In this document: piece after piece, positions 13,740 through 27,109 of the stretch
Numbering within the stretch: the stretch's first letter is position 1
Layout of the letters: the number at the start of each line of letters is the position of its first letter
Origin: Felis catus
Lineage: Eukaryota
Direction of reading: 5' to 3'
Assembly: GCF_018350175.1 (NCBI RefSeq)
Contig: NC_058368.1
Span: 233,060,001 to 233,124,000, forward strand
Length of the DNA stretch: 64,000 bases
The notes under the pieces: generated by a model
What the model saw: the letters and a program-made list of their open reading frames with translations, nothing else
The model's database searches: none
Told to the model about the DNA's origin: nothing
Translations under genes and position numbers: made by a program

Positions 13740-14050
13740 ACCCTTGTTGTCACTGATATCCGGTGCCTCATCAGCCCTGTCCACTATTCCCATAACCCCA
13801 TAACGTATTGACCAAATCTCGCCACTTTTACTCACCTTCCCTCGTGCAGTCTACCTCCAGGTACCATCATCTCTTACTGGATGATCCCCAACTGGTCTCT
13901 TGGCCCCTTCCCTTGACCGCCTAGATTCTCCCCCTATGGAACAGCTAGACAGAACCATAAAGAACATAAATCCAGACTGCATCTGCAAAATTGCAAATAT
14001 TAGCTCCTTTAATTCATCTGATGACGTACAGTTCTCACGTGCAATTTCTA
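13740..14050 (+). mobile_element. L2 fragment
   Basis: accatcatctcttactggatgatcccaactggtctc and ctagacagaaccataaagaacataaatccagact resemble the L2 3' region. Confidence 0.5.
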
Positions 14051-14620
14051 CAAAAGAAACATCTGGGAGAGCTGTTGGCTTGCCAGCCAATGGTAACCCA
14101 CAGAGACACTTCCTGCTCGTGGGGTTTGACTTGGTTTTATGACCTTGATATGATAATTGGAAAAGAGCCGCTTTTTCGAATGATAAAACTGCATTGAAAT
14201 ATGTCTCCTAATTGACGTACAGGAGATGTATTTCTACTTTGGACACTCGTTCTTGGTCAGTTATGTGCATCACAAAGCTCTTCTCCAGCCCAAACTTGCT
14301 GTTTGACACTCTTAATAGTATTTTAATAATGCACTTTCTCAATCTGAATATCATCGACCTTTATACTTATGGTTACTGATTATCATGATCTATTTAAGGA
14401 AGCTTTGCTCCAAATCATAAGAATATTCTCCTACATTATGTTCTAGAAGACTCATTGTTTCACTTTTCACCTTTCTATCTATAATTCACACAGAATTTAT
14501 TTTGTCTAAGGTATAGGACAAAGGCCAAGATTCTTTTTTTAATCTATATGGATGTATCATTGGTAAAGACCCACGTACCGAAAAAATTCATCCTTCATCT
14601 CAAGAACCAACTTTGTCACT

Positions 14621-14678
14621 TGTGCGTGTGTGTGTGTGCGTGTTGGTGTGCGTGTGCGTGTGTTGGTGTGTGTATGCA
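14621..14678. repeat. Imperfect (TG)n microsatellite
   Basis: Directly visible. Confidence 0.9.
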
Positions 14679-14867
14679 TGGAATCTATTCTCTTCCATCA
14701 GTCTGTTTGTCTATGTTTGCATCAATGTCATATCATTTTATTAATTCTTGCCTTTTACTAAGTGTTGATTATTGGTCGTTAAGTATTGAGATTTTATTTT
14801 TATTCGTGCAGGCATCTTGGCTCCCCTAGGTCCACTTCATTTTCATGTAATTTAAAATGACTATCCG

Positions 14868-15088
14868 GGGGCGCCTGGGTGGCTCAGTCGGTTAAGCATC
14901 CGACTTCGGCTCAGGTCGCGATCTCGCGGTCCGTGAGTTCGAGCCCCGCGTCGGGCTCTGGGCTGACGGCTCAGAGCCTGGAGCCTGCTTCCGATTCTGT
15001 GTCTCCCTCTCTCTCTGCCCCTCCCCCGTTCATGCTCTGTCTCTCTCTGTCTCAAAAATAAATAAACGTTAAAAAAATTTTTTTTTAA
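14868..15088 (+). mobile_element. Can-SINE with TSD aaaat(g/t)actatccg
   Basis: Near-consensus, CpG-rich copy; TSD at 14854-14867 and 15089-15102. Confidence 0.97.
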
Positions 15089-15857
15089 AAAATTACTATC
15101 CGTTTTTGAAAAATTGCTTCTTTTCTTTTGTTTTATTTAATGGTATGTTCTAGCTTTGTATGTTGTTTTCTTAGCTCCTTGTCCTTCTTTGTTGTTTTGT
15201 AGTGAATGTATTTGCAATTAAAAATGTTCGGCTGCACTCTCCTTTGACAAAATTTTGAAGATTTTGAGAATTAGTGTTCTGATTCTTGTTCATTTATAAG
15301 TGACTTTTAATTTCTCATTTGAATTTCTCTTCTAAAAAGAGCTATTTTGAAATGTGTACGTTTATAAATTTCAGACTATTTTTTTTATCTTTTTATTATA
15401 ATCAAGCTTTATTGTGTATGACCTAGTGATGGCAGCCTGAGGAATTTTCTTCTTTCTTCTATTGCAAGAAAAATGTGCGATCGTTTTTTCAACCATCTAT
15501 GTATATGTGAGTAAACTTTGTTCTTAGATGACTGAATCTAAAATAACAATATATGCTATTTGCTTACCAGGTAGAAGTGTTTTTCAAATCCTCTGTATTC
15601 TAAATATGTTTGCATAATTTATTAACCTGGGTTCCCAAGATAGATATGTTGTGCTTTTGGCAAAAATCTCCTTTTATTTCTCTTAAATGTGGTCTTTAAT
15701 ATTTTAATTTTATGTTAATAACTGAATAAAGGTAATGACTGATAAAACTTTTTAGAATATTATTATTTTAATAAATATAAAATATTATGCCTATTCTTTT
15801 AGATCTTGAATTAGGGTCTGTTTGATAGTATACAGTGCTAAATTTGTTTTCTTTTGC

Positions 15858-16074
15858 TTTTTTTTTTTAATTTTTTTAATGTTTATTTTTGAAAGAGAGA
15901 GAGACAGAGTGCAAGCAGGGGAGGGTGGGGCAGAGAGAGAGGGAGACACAGAATCTGAAGCAGGCTTCAAGCTGTCAGCACAGAGCCCAACAACAGGGCT
16001 TGAACCCACAAACTGTGAGATCATGACCTGAGGCAAAGTAGGATGCTTAACTGACTGAGCTACCCAGGGGCCCC
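15858..16074 (-). mobile_element. Can-SINE
   Basis: Full-length antisense copy with CpGs decayed. Confidence 0.95.
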
Positions 16075-16384
16075 TTTGTTTTTTAATTGAGCCCTTATTT
16101 TTAGTTTTTTGTTTATGCACCAGATGTTGAATTTTATCATTCTGTAATTTTCATTAAGAATGAAAAAGTAGACATAATTTAGTGATTGCCCACAAAACCA
16201 AAATTTTTTAAACAGAAAGCTGTGACATACCATAGAAGCAATGGAGTCAAGACTTTGCTTTTTTACTCACTGGTTGAAATGGAAGTATCCTCGCCAGTCA
16301 TTATTATGATAGTGTTTTTATATTATCTTTCATTGTTCCAAGGCAAGATGCCAGAAACACGTACTACTTTAAATGCATTGTCGG

Positions 16385-16599
16385 GGGGCGCCTGGGTGGC
16401 GCAGTCGGTTAAGCGTCTGACTTCAGCCAGGTCACGATCTCGCGGTCCGAGAGTTCGAGCCCCGCGTCGGGCTCTGGGCTGATGGCTCAGAGCCTGGAGC
16501 CTGTTTCCGATTCTGTGTCTCCCTCTCTCTCTGCCCCTCCCCCGTTCATGCTCTGTCTCTCTCTGTCCCAAAAATAAATAAACGTTGAAAAAAAAAAAA
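16385..16599 (+). mobile_element. Young felid SINEC_Fc-type SINE with perfect TSD
   Basis: Diagnostic gcgcagtcgg, cttcagccaggtcacg, ctgtcccaaaaataaataaacgttg; TSD tttaaatgcattgtcgg. Confidence 0.97.
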
Positions 16600-16794
16600 T
16601 TTAAATGCATTGTCGGTAGGTCCGTTGTCAGTTAGAGCTATAATTTATGACTATTGATAGTAATACAAAAGATGTGAATGGTTGGTATTTTTAATTGTGC
16701 TCAATTGGTATCATGTATGTTTCATAAGGTAATATTTTTTCATTGAAAAGGAGTAAGACATTATTGAATACTGTTTTTAAGGCCTACTTACCTC

Positions 16795-16997
16795 TTTTTT
16801 TAAACGTATTTTTTTTTTAGTTTTGAGAGAGAGAGAGAGAGAGAGAGGAGGAGGAGGAGAGGCAGAGAGAGGATACTGAGGATCCAAAGCTGAAGCTGTC
16901 AGCACAGAGCCCGATGTGGGGCTCGAACTCACGAACTGTGAGATCATGACCTGAGCCAAAGTCAGAAGCCCAACCAACTGAGCCACCCAGGTGCCCC
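16795..16997 (-). mobile_element. Can-SINE
   Basis: Antisense copy; flanking duplication gcctactta. Confidence 0.93.
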
Positions 16998-17487
16998 AAA
17001 GCCTACTTAGCTTCCTTATTATCCTGTGCAGACAAATGCTCACACAGACTTTCTTTCATGACTTTTGTGATTTTTTTTTCTTTGAATTTATGGGTGTGGT
17101 TAGTGCTCCCAAGCCATCTCACTTCCCAGGCCTCTCTGTATATAGCATTGGACCAGCAAGTTTCTCCTAGAACATTCTTAATTCTATCCTTTGGTAGTTG
17201 TACTGTGTTAAGGAGGATTCTGAAGTGCAAATCAGTTTTATTGTGAGATAACAATGTTTTCAGTTAGCAGTTAGAATGAGGGGGTTGGCTGCCGGAGGCT
17301 GCTAAGGAGCCCTGAGATGTCACCTCTCTTCCGGAATATACGCTCTTAAAGGACAGAGACCTCAATCTGCTTTTTGTCTCCAGTATGTGCAACAAAGGAT
17401 TTGAACAATAAACATTTGTGAAATGATAAAAAATCAACACTAATTTTATAATAAGAGGGATTTTCTCGTGACATGGAAAACAAAATC

Positions 17488-17770
17488 TGTATTATCTTGC
17501 TTGGCCTGCCATAACACAATACCATAGGTTAGGCAGCATCTTAACCAGCAGAAATTTCTGTGTTACAGTTCTAGAGGCTGTAAGTCCAAGATCAAGGTAT
17601 CCACAGGGTTGGTCTCTGGTGACAGCCCTCTTCCGGCTTGCAGACAGCCTCCTTCTCCTCGTGTCTTCACATGACCTTTCCCTGTGCACCCACTTTTAAG
17701 AGGATTCGTCTTATGGAATTTGGGGTCTGTCCTTCCAATCTCATCAACCTTAATTACCTCCTTAAATAAC
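17488..17770 (-). mobile_element. MaLR LTR (MLT1A-like), partial
   Basis: tgtattatcttgcttggcctgccataacacaatacc...cagttctagaggctgtaagtccaagatcaagg...gtgtcttcacatg. Confidence 0.8.
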
Positions 17771-18489
17771 TACCAAAGAAGGTTGAGATTCACAGACAAT
17801 GGATCACAGCCAGAGCATAATTCTCCTATAAAGTTTTTACCAGGACACCCTGAAAGATTTCATCTCAATATCTTAGACTTTCGAATATCTCAGTGAGATG
17901 CAAAAAAATACATGTCACTCTATCCCAGAACCAGAAAGCTGAGTATAAACCAGGTTAAATTTTATTATTCAATTGAGAAATACTTTAACTTAACAGAGCT
18001 ACTTGCTATTTAAAGGAAATTTAGAATAAAGCTAACTATACAAGGAAGAAATTGTTGTGCAATACACATAATTAGTATGTAAATATGCACAACATGTGTA
18101 ACTTGTAAAACTCCATCATTTTCCTTTCCAAACGAGATCTATATGTACAGATTTGCAAGAATAATTCTTATCTCAAGGAAATCTCAATGACACAGTGCCA
18201 GGCTTTTTTACGGTGTATAAAACTTTAATCATTTCACATTTCCCGAATACTTCAATGCTGAAGTATTTACACATGAGCACCCAGTAATCCATTTATTCAA
18301 CAAGTTTTATTGAGGATTTACCGTGTTCTCAAGCGGGCCGTGCCAAGACCCAGTGGGACGGAGGCATAGGAGAAGAGGGCCGTATTCTCGCACGTTGTCT
18401 AGTGGGAAAGTAGACGCGGGATGGTTTCATTTGTGTTCATAGACAATTCATGTCTTTTAAGAGATTTCAGTTTCAAATTTCACTTTGTG

Positions 18490-19050
18490 CCGGGCTATTT
18501 TACTTTCTTATGTATTAATTTGTGATATTATCAATGAATCTATTATGTTTTCTATTTCTTTTACATATATGAATATGTATAGCTATTGATTATTATAAAT
18601 GGATCATTAATTATATAATATGCTATTTCACTAAATTTTCTTGTTATTTGTATGAATAATCCATGGGTTCTTGTGAATTTTTAAAATATAAAATCATATT
18701 ACCTGTGAATGTAGATAGTTCTACTTTTTTATTCTAAATCCTGTGCCTTTTAATTACTTTTCTCTGTGTAATATTATATATGTGTATTGACATATACACA
18801 TACATGCCAACACACACACAACTCATATTTTATTGAGTGTTTTAATATGAATGTGTGTAATATGTCTTAAAAATTGAAAATCATCACATTTTCTGCATCT
18901 ATGTAGATGAGCTTAGAATTTTTCCTTTATCCCTATTAATCTGATGGACTATATTAATACATTTCTTCATATGGACCCACTGTCATTCCTGGAGTTTATC
19001 TGAGTTAATCAGGACTTATTATTTCCTTCAAAGTATGATTAATATACATT
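18490..19050 (-). mobile_element. Old decayed LINE-1 ORF2 fragment
   Basis: aaaatcatattacctgtgaatgtagatagttctact and ttttctgcatctatgtagatga resemble antisense L1 RT-region sequence. Confidence 0.55.
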
Positions 19051-19349
19051 TCCTCCTGTAATACTGAGGAGGAAAGTTATTCCTCTTTTTTGTGTTTATG
19101 TAGAGGAGACTGGCTTCCACTCAACAATCCAGGAATGACACTAATGAAATGGATGCAAATAGTTTTTCTTTCTGCACTTTAGTATTTACTTCCTAAAATA
19201 AAAATAGGCCAGTGTTAACCACGTTGCTTTTGTTCACCAGTGGTGAGGATATTTTGCCTCAAAGCAAGAAATAAGAATAGTTCTCTCTCTTGCTACTTGT
19301 TTTAAAAATGGAGGGATAAGAAATACCATCTGTTTCCAGTGTCGTGTGG

Positions 19350-20165
19350 AATATTTTCAACAGCACTTTATAGTTTTCAGAGTACAGTTCTTTCACCTCT
19401 TTGGTTAGGTTTATTCCTAGGTATCTTATTATCGTGGGTGCAATTATTAATGAGATTGTTTTCCTCAATTTCTCTTTCTGCTGCTTCATGATTGGTGTAT
19501 TGAAATGCAACAGATTCCTGTATGTTGATTTTATATCCTGTGACTTTACTGAACTCCTGTATCTGTTCCAGCAGTTTTTTGGTGGCGTCTTTTGGGTCTT
19601 CTGTGTATAGTACCATATTATCTGCAAATAGTGGAAGTTTTACTTCTTCCTTACTGATTTGGATTCCTTTCATTTCTTTTTCATGTCTTATTGCTGTGGC
19701 TAGGAATTCCAGTCCTATGTTTAATGTAAGTGGTGAGAGTGGACATTCTTGTCTTGTTCCTGCCCTTAGGGAAAAAGCTCTCAGTTTCTCCCCATTGAAT
19801 ATGATGTTAGCTATGGGTTTGTCATATATGCCCTTTATTATGTTGAGGTACATTCCCTCTAAACCTACTTTGTTGAGGGTTTGTATCATGAATGGATGTT
19901 AAACTTTGTCAAATGTTTTTTCTGCATCTGTTGAAATGACCATATGGTTCTTATCCTTTCTCTTATTGTTGTGATGTGTCACATTGATTGCTTTTCAAAT
20001 GTTGAACCACCCTGACAACCCAGGAATAAATCCATCTTGATTGTGGTGAATGATTTGTTTAATGTATTGTTGAATTCAGTTCGCTAGTATTTTATAGAGA
20101 ATTTTTACATCTATGTTAATCCGGGATATTTGCCTATAGTTCTCTTTTTCAGTGGTGTCTTTATC
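19350..20165 (-). pseudogene. LINE-1 ORF2 reverse-transcriptase fragment (inverted 5' segment of an L1 insertion), non-functional
   Basis: ORF 19377-19889 contains [32 protein letters not shown] (L1 FADD motif mutated to FADN) and [15 protein letters not shown]; frameshifted. Confidence 0.95.
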
Positions 20166-20394
20166 TGGGGCAGCCACTGTGGAAAACAATATGGAGGTTC
20201 TTCAAAAAGTTAAAAATAGAACTACTACCTTATGGTCCAGCAATAACATGACTAGTTATTTACCCAAAGAATACAAGAACACTAATTCAAAGGAATACAT
20301 GCACTCCAGCGTTTATAGCAGCATTATTTACAATAGCCAAGATATGGAAGCAACTCAAGTGTCCGTTGACTGAAAACTGGATAAAGAAGATGTG

Positions 20395-20426
<32 letters not shown>

Positions 20427-20838
20427 GCACACACACACACACAATGGAATATTATTCAGCCATAAAAAGAATGAAATATTGTCATTTGCAACAAATGAAT
20501 GGGGCTAGAGATGATAATGCTAAGCGAAATAAGTCAGTCAGAGAAAGACAATATGATTTCACTTATATTTGGAATTTAAGAAACAAAACAAACAAGGGGG
20601 AGAAGCAGAGAAAGAGAGAGAGAGCAAGAAACAGACTCTCAATTATACAGAACAATCTGACGGTTACCAGAGGGGAGGTGAGTGGGGGGAAGGGCGAAAT
20701 AGGCAAGGAGGATTAAGGAATGCACTTGTGATAACCACAGGGTGACGTGTAGAAGTATTGACTTACTATATTGTACACCTGAAACTAATATAACACTGGA
20801 TGTTAAATCACTGGAATGAAAATAAAAGCTTTAAAAAG
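20166..20838 (+). mobile_element. Carnivore LINE-1 3' end (ORF2 C-terminus plus 3' UTR) with internal (TA)n(CA)n
   Basis: gcagccactgtggaaaacaatatggaggttc; ggttaccagaggggagg; ttgtacacctgaaactaatataacactg; aataaa then an A-rich end. Confidence 0.92.
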
Positions 20839-22065
20839 AAAGTAGACTAACCCCAGCTTTGATCCCAGCCCTCCCAAAGAATATCCAAGACATCAGGTGC
20901 AAACAGTATTAATATTGCTGTTAAAGGCATAATTCTGGGACAACATTAAGGGTGGACGTGTTTTGTTCCTTTATTTTTCCTTTGCAATGAAACTTTATTG
21001 GTGCCTTTTGTAATAGATTTTTTAAAGCCTGGAGTGTGATGGAAAAAATAGAGAAGAGGGACTCCAGGACCTTTTCAGCAATAGTTTCTTATAAAACCTA
21101 ATTGGAACATCCTCAGAATCGTTCTGGAAGGGCAGTCCTATGAAATGCTCGATGGGTGGGTTTTTAGTGTTAGATGTAGGGAATTGATGTCTCTGCACAG
21201 AGGTCAAGTGCAGTCTTCCAACAATCTGAGCTGTTGCATTTGCTAAAACCACACAACTGTTTGAGCCCAACTTGGAAATGTTCAGGTGCTGATGAGAAAA
21301 AAACAACTCATAATTGCATGAGTTGAGGAGTAGGAGGCCACTGATAAGGAGATAGTTGAGGTTATGTGTTAATTTTGTTGTAATGGTTCACTTCTTGGGT
21401 GGTGTCAGACTCAGAATTTGGAGGAATTGGGAAGCAACGCAGATTTCTTCCATCTTGTCCTGATAGTAAAAAATTATTGTGACAATTTTCTTTCCACGTA
21501 GGTCTTTCTTCCCGTTGTCAAAAACATTCTGTTGCTCCAAGAATTGATGCGCTTTATTTTCTGATACCATCAGTACCCACCTAGCTCTTTCAACTGACAG
21601 TTTAACTCTTCCAGCTTTGTTAGCTTTTCCCTTATAAGCCATCTTGTGCAATGTGTGCATGTAATGTGTGTATGTGATACCTTATAAGAGAAAAACGTAG
21701 ATCAACTGATCTCTGCAGTGAGCATGACTTTTAGTGTCCTCTCACAGTTAGACGAGAATCCTAAATGTATTCACACCTGCAGACTCAGTAGCGAAGGATC
21801 TCTCAGAATCTACCTCTGGAGAATTTTATGCAAATTGCAGTCGTTTAAATTGAAGTGCATTTTGACGTAGTGGGGAAGTTCACCCCATAAAAGCAGCCAA
21901 AAGTCAAAATCCCTTCTTAAAGTGAAGAATCAGCTGTCTTTTAACTAGCTTTGTTATTTGTTTTCCTGGAAGGAGCAAGTTCACAATAACTGCATTTTCC
22001 TAGAGTTTAATGCATCTGACTTAGTTTTGGGAATGTAGCAGAACAAACAAAAAACAAACAGACAA

Positions 22066-22068
22066 AAA

Positions 22069-22103
<35 letters not shown>

Positions 22104-22105
22104 AT
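22066..22105. repeat. (AAAT)n tetranucleotide repeat
   Basis: Directly visible. Confidence 0.95.
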
Positions 22106-22302
22106 ACAAACCTTAAATTCGGCTTGGGACATTAGGTAAAGCTAATCACAGTGTCCTCGTCTTGCACAAATAGAGGTGCGCCCATTTGTAAACGCATTCA
22201 CTTGCAGCTTTGTAACAATTGGTGCAAGAGGAACATAGGAGAACCATCTCATTCCGTGATCAAGGAGTCCTGACAGCCTGCACTTAAGAAGCTATGAGTT
22301 CT

Positions 22303-22497
22303 GGGGTGCCTTGGGTGGCTCTTGATTTCTGCTCAGGTCGTGATCTCACGCTTGGTGAGGTCAAGGCCCGTGTTGGGCTCTGTGCTGAGCGCGGGGCCTG
22401 CTTAGACTTCTCTCTCTCCCTCTCTCACTCTGCCCCTCCCCACCTCAAAATAAATACATAAACATTTTTAAAAGTCTGATATTTAAAAAAAAAAGAA
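22303..22497 (+). mobile_element. Can-SINE with deletion in the tRNA-like head
   Basis: gggtggct joined directly to cttgatttctgctcagg; flanks aagaagctatgagttctggg / aagaacctatcagttctggg. Confidence 0.9.
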
Positions 22498-25400
22498 GAA
22501 GAACCTATCAGTTCTGGGCTTCACAGCTCTCATCCAGCTGGCACCCCAGCCCTCACCACTGTCCGTAGGCAAAAGTCACTCCCTCCACCTGGAGAATGTT
22601 TCCTGCCTGTGTCCTGTCCTCCCCATCTTCCCCCACTGACCTAATGTGCGCCTTCCGGTCATAATCACCTCCAGAAACAGTGGTGGGCAATCCCTCACTC
22701 TGCGTCTACACTGATTTACCTGTAAATTATAGACAGATGCTACCATTTCATGGTCGGTGTGAAACAAGTTCAAAGGATGACACTGCAAAGGATGAGCTGA
22801 GAATAACTGTACAGATAAATCGGGAAATGTTCCCCATCTTGATGAACTGGCCGATGGACCTGTCCCCCTGCCCTCCTCCCCCGGTTCCACTTTTTCTCCG
22901 GCTTCATAAGCTCTGCCTGGTCGTTCTGGGGTGTCGCCTTGATATTCCCCATGTCATATGTTTAATAATTTCCCCCAGGCCTGCAGATCGATTTCAAATT
23001 CTCAAGCTCAGAATTCAACAACTTCTGAAACTAGGCCCTGTGTTCACTCCTGCTGCATCCACAGGGTCCCCTGGGCTGGGGCCAGACAGCCTGCTCAGAT
23101 CTCTGGCTCTCCGGGAGCCACCCAGTGCACCTGACCCTGTGCACACTTCCTACTCTTCCTTCTCTGCTGAATTTGGACTGTGCCCACGTAAAAAAAAATG
23201 ACGGTTCGTAATATATGAAATTCCTCACCTCTTTTCCTGGAAAGAACTTTGTTTTGCACTAATTTTACAGTTTCTTAGACACTGATATGAGCTGGTCGGT
23301 TAAAGACAAAAAGTAAATCGAGTGTGGATATGTGCTTTTCTTTCTGTTAATACATATTCAAACGTGTACTTTCCCTTAGACTTGTAACATGAATAAAGTA
23401 TATAATCCAAACAAATTTTTTTAAGTGTCAAACTGGTCTTCTACAGGAATATGTTGCTTGTGTATTGGAATCACACAGAATCTTCCATTTTATTGCATTT
23501 GAGGAAAGAGAACATTTATCTAAAAGAACAAGTGAAAGCCAAAACACATACAGTATCTGAGGTAGATTATTTAAAAATTATACATGTTTTAGTAAAGTAG
23601 ACATTTTATATGAAATTCATATTCCCAAAAAGGCCTATTTTTAGAGAAATAATATTTTATTGAGACAACTATATATGGGAGCTCTTTATTATTTCTTTCC
23701 AAATCTTTCTTTAAACTTCTCCAGAGTAATATAAAAAGCAATAAAGCCACAGTTGGACAGTCTGTTTTAGTGACAGATTTCTCAAGTGCATGACATTTTG
23801 TTTGCCGTATTAAAAAGCATGAGCTTGGAAGGCATGATAAAGGACTGAATGGAATAACTTTTGACTACATATCAGCATCACTTTCCAGGTTAAACAGTGA
23901 AGTTAGCAGTAGACAAGGTAATCATAGCAAAAAAAACATGTAGGATTGAATACATTTTACAAAAAGTCTATGTTTTCCACTTTTCTCCAAGTAGAAATGA
24001 CAATGTCTTATATTTTAAATATATACAACTTAAGACAAGTTCATGCCTTTGCATGAACACCCATAATAAATGTTTTCATTCCTGAATTGATTTAGCAATT
24101 ATCAAGGTAGACGAAGGATGGAGAGCAGTTCCAGTGGCTGGAGTGTCAGAATGAGACCAGTCAGCACCAAAATGTCCAAGTGGAACTGTTGACCATTTCC
24201 CGTGTCATTTGGTGTAAGGTTGCTCCCCCCAGTTCCCTACAGAGCTGTAGCTGAGGTCCACCTGGTCAGCAGTCTTCTTTATTTGAGGGGACCATTGGTG
24301 GCCCACTTGGAGAAGTATTGAAGCTGAAGTCTGAGTCACTGAAGGGCAACATGGAGACCACAGAGGCACAAGAGAAGAATCCCAGACCATGGGGCCATGG
24401 GAATGGAGGTCCCTGGGTGTCTGATGAAACTGTGAAGGCTTTGGACTTGTCATGGAATTTGAGACTGGAAGTATGCTTTTATCTCCCAGAAGGTTGACAG
24501 AACATCAGCATCACGCTACCACGTGTCCACTGCTTCAGTATGCCCTTACAAATGAGGAACAACACTAACCTCACCTTTTTCAGAAACAATCACAGGGCAA
24601 AGAAATTCCAAAATAAATACTACGGCAAATCTATCGTCTCCCACCAAAGAGATGACCAATGGTGAGCTAGACTGTTCATAACTTTTCTGTATTTTCTACC
24701 TGTAGTCAAGTGTTGTTAAGACTTAAAGAAACACAATATAAAAGTTATGCTTATGGAAATCAGAGATGCTACTTTTGTCTTTACAGGAAGGCACGGAATC
24801 ATTGAACGGAAATTATTTGAGCTGAGGAAACTCGGGGGTTTCTCAAAAATGGCCTGGCTCAGGTTCTGGCATGTCATCCCATATGCTAAAATTTTGACAA
24901 TCTGTCACACATCTAGAAAATCTATTTGCCATCACTCAAATCCCCTGAAACATAAAGAATGCTTCTACCCTGTAATGTTGGAAGATGGTTTATCAAAGTG
25001 AACGTGAATAATGAGAAGGGGTCTTGAGTATGAATTAAAATATGGTGTCTGCTTGAACTTTGATTTCTGAAAAGCTTTGGAGACCCCTTACTAGTAAGTT
25101 TCAATGGTGTGGCAGTGAACCACAGGCTCATCTGTAACATTCGGCATAATCTAAGAGTACGGGACTGTGGGAAAATGAGAATAAGCATTTAAAAAAAAAT
25201 AGAATACCCTTATATAGAAAGACACGTAACCTCTGGATACATTATTTTAAGTGTGAGATATGTGTTTAAATGCCTTCTTCCCATGTTACATGTGTCCCAG
25301 GCAGAATTTAATAGACCCCATATATTTTCAATCGTGAGTTTCACTTTATTGGTATAACAGCACATACTTTTCTATGACAAGGTCCTATTTCCACCTGACA

Positions 25401-26005
25401 ATAGGAAAACAAAATTTTATTGAATAATAAACTAAAGCTGATCCGCCAACTTTTCCAGGCACTCTGACTTAAATAGTCTCATGCGGGAATATATACTGTC
25501 ACATCTAAAATTCATTTAACTCGGGTCTAGAGTGACATTTGCACCCTGAAGTCCCCCCAGCCCCCAACCAGCTGATCCATCTGTAGAAAGAGGCTGCCCT
25601 TGGCCTTGGCATGGCTGGGTGCCACCAGTGCTGTGCCAGGACCGAGCTTGGTGGTGACTCTTCCCTGTGGTGGCCCACATGACCTTCCAGATGCTCTATT
25701 CCATAGACTCCAGGTGTTCCCAGAGTTATAGCCTGTCCTGGGTACTATAAACTAATGTATTTGCTATATTACACCTAGGGAATTATAAAATGAGAATAAT
25801 TATAATTAACTACTATAAATTCATGGCAACTATATTTTTATTAGTGCTGTGATGTTAACCAGTATTCCCTATTTCAATGGTTGAAATTAGTTTAAATGTA
25901 AATTCTCATAAAGAGTTTGGCCCTCACCCATAGAAAAGATAAAAAGAGCATCATGGAAATACATATTCAAATTTTTATAGACACTGTAAGGATCCTATAT
26001 TGCTA

Positions 26006-26215
26006 TTTTTTTAAGTTTATTTATTTATTTATTTTTGAGAGAAAGAGAGCACGAGCAGGGAAGAAGCAGAGAGAGAGGTAGAGAGAGAATTCCAAGCGGG
26101 TTCTGTGCTGGCAGCGTAAAGCCCTATGGGGGCTTAGACCCATGAACCTGTGAAATCGTCACATGAGCTGAAATCAAGAGTCAGATGCTCAACTGACAGA
26201 GCCACGCAGGCACCT
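26006..26215 (-). mobile_element. Can-SINE (older subfamily)
   Basis: Antisense copy with gagctgaaatcaagagtcagatgctcaac. Confidence 0.92.
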
Positions 26216-27109
26216 CCTGATTTTCTTCAATTGCAAACATTTTTATCTCATGAGTTTTTTCACTTGAAAAGAACAGATCAAAGAAATGAAGAGGGATATC
26301 TTGGCTTTGTTTTTGACACTCTGCTCTTCTCAATTCTTAAAAAAAGCTACTTGTGATTTTTGGGAAATTGACTGTACTAGAAGACAGCAAAAGAGGTTTA
26401 AGTTTTTTTTTAAATCAATTAAAAAGAGGAAGAAAACAATTGGAGCAAAACAATTGAAGACACCTAGTACATTGAATGATATAGTTGAACCCTGAATTTG
26501 AAGAGATTATTAGAAAATCGAATTCTGAAGCCAGAAGAAGTCTAGCCCCACATGGTAGGGACATAGCCCCTGGACCATTGGGAAGGAGAGACAAGCCCCA
26601 GGGTCCACTCAGCCCAACCAGCCCCCCATTCCTGGACACATCAGCCTCACCCGGGAAACATGGACCCAGGACCAGGGGTCCTATCAGACCAGGATAAGAA
26701 GACTGGGTTTTGATCAAATCACTTAACATCTAAAAGTTGTTTGTTCAACTCCATAACGGAGATAGCAATGCCTTTGATAGGCTTTGGGAGGAAATAACCA
26801 CATGTCGCTGTAAGGTGGCAGGAGAAGTAAAATCTAAAGCACATCAGTTGATATGGAAAGGTGACTTTTTTTGAGAGGGAAACCCTAGAAGGGCCAACGG
26901 ATTGGATGTGGTAACCAATTAACTTGAACTGACCTGACACTCCCCCAGAAGACCACGACCCTCCTCGGGACCCGCTGGACCCAAGGCGAGTTGTGTCTGT
27001 GCATCCTGGTGCCTCTCACACACTGGCACACCCTGGAGATACGTGCGGCCGCTATGTGTTGGTTTACGGATTAAAGGAAAAAAAGGCCAGAACGAAGACT
27101 TAAATTTAT

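Larger units (their letters stand above)
14200..15850 (-). mobile_element. Highly decayed old LINE-1 (L1M) fragments, interrupted by (TG)n and a SINE
   Basis: T-rich antisense L1 motifs (atattctcctacattatgttctagaa, tatatggatgtatcattgg, tctattctcttccatcagtctgtttgtctat). Confidence 0.55.

Noticed and set aside
14861..15061. Recurrent ORFs such as AQSVKHPTSAQVMIS...DSVSPSLSAPP across the window
   Set aside because: Translations of Can-SINEs, not a gene family
21388..21660. Minus-strand 90-aa ORF with protein-like composition
   Set aside because: No recognisable homology or splice context; possibly an ancient repeat relic; needs blastx/Dfam
22680..23201. 173-aa plus-strand ORF, the longest in the track
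   Set aside because: Non-ATG start, no recognisable domain, no convincing exon boundaries
24770..25001. Strong acceptor ttttgtctttacag|G within an 84-aa ORF
   Set aside because: No matching donor and no recognisable product
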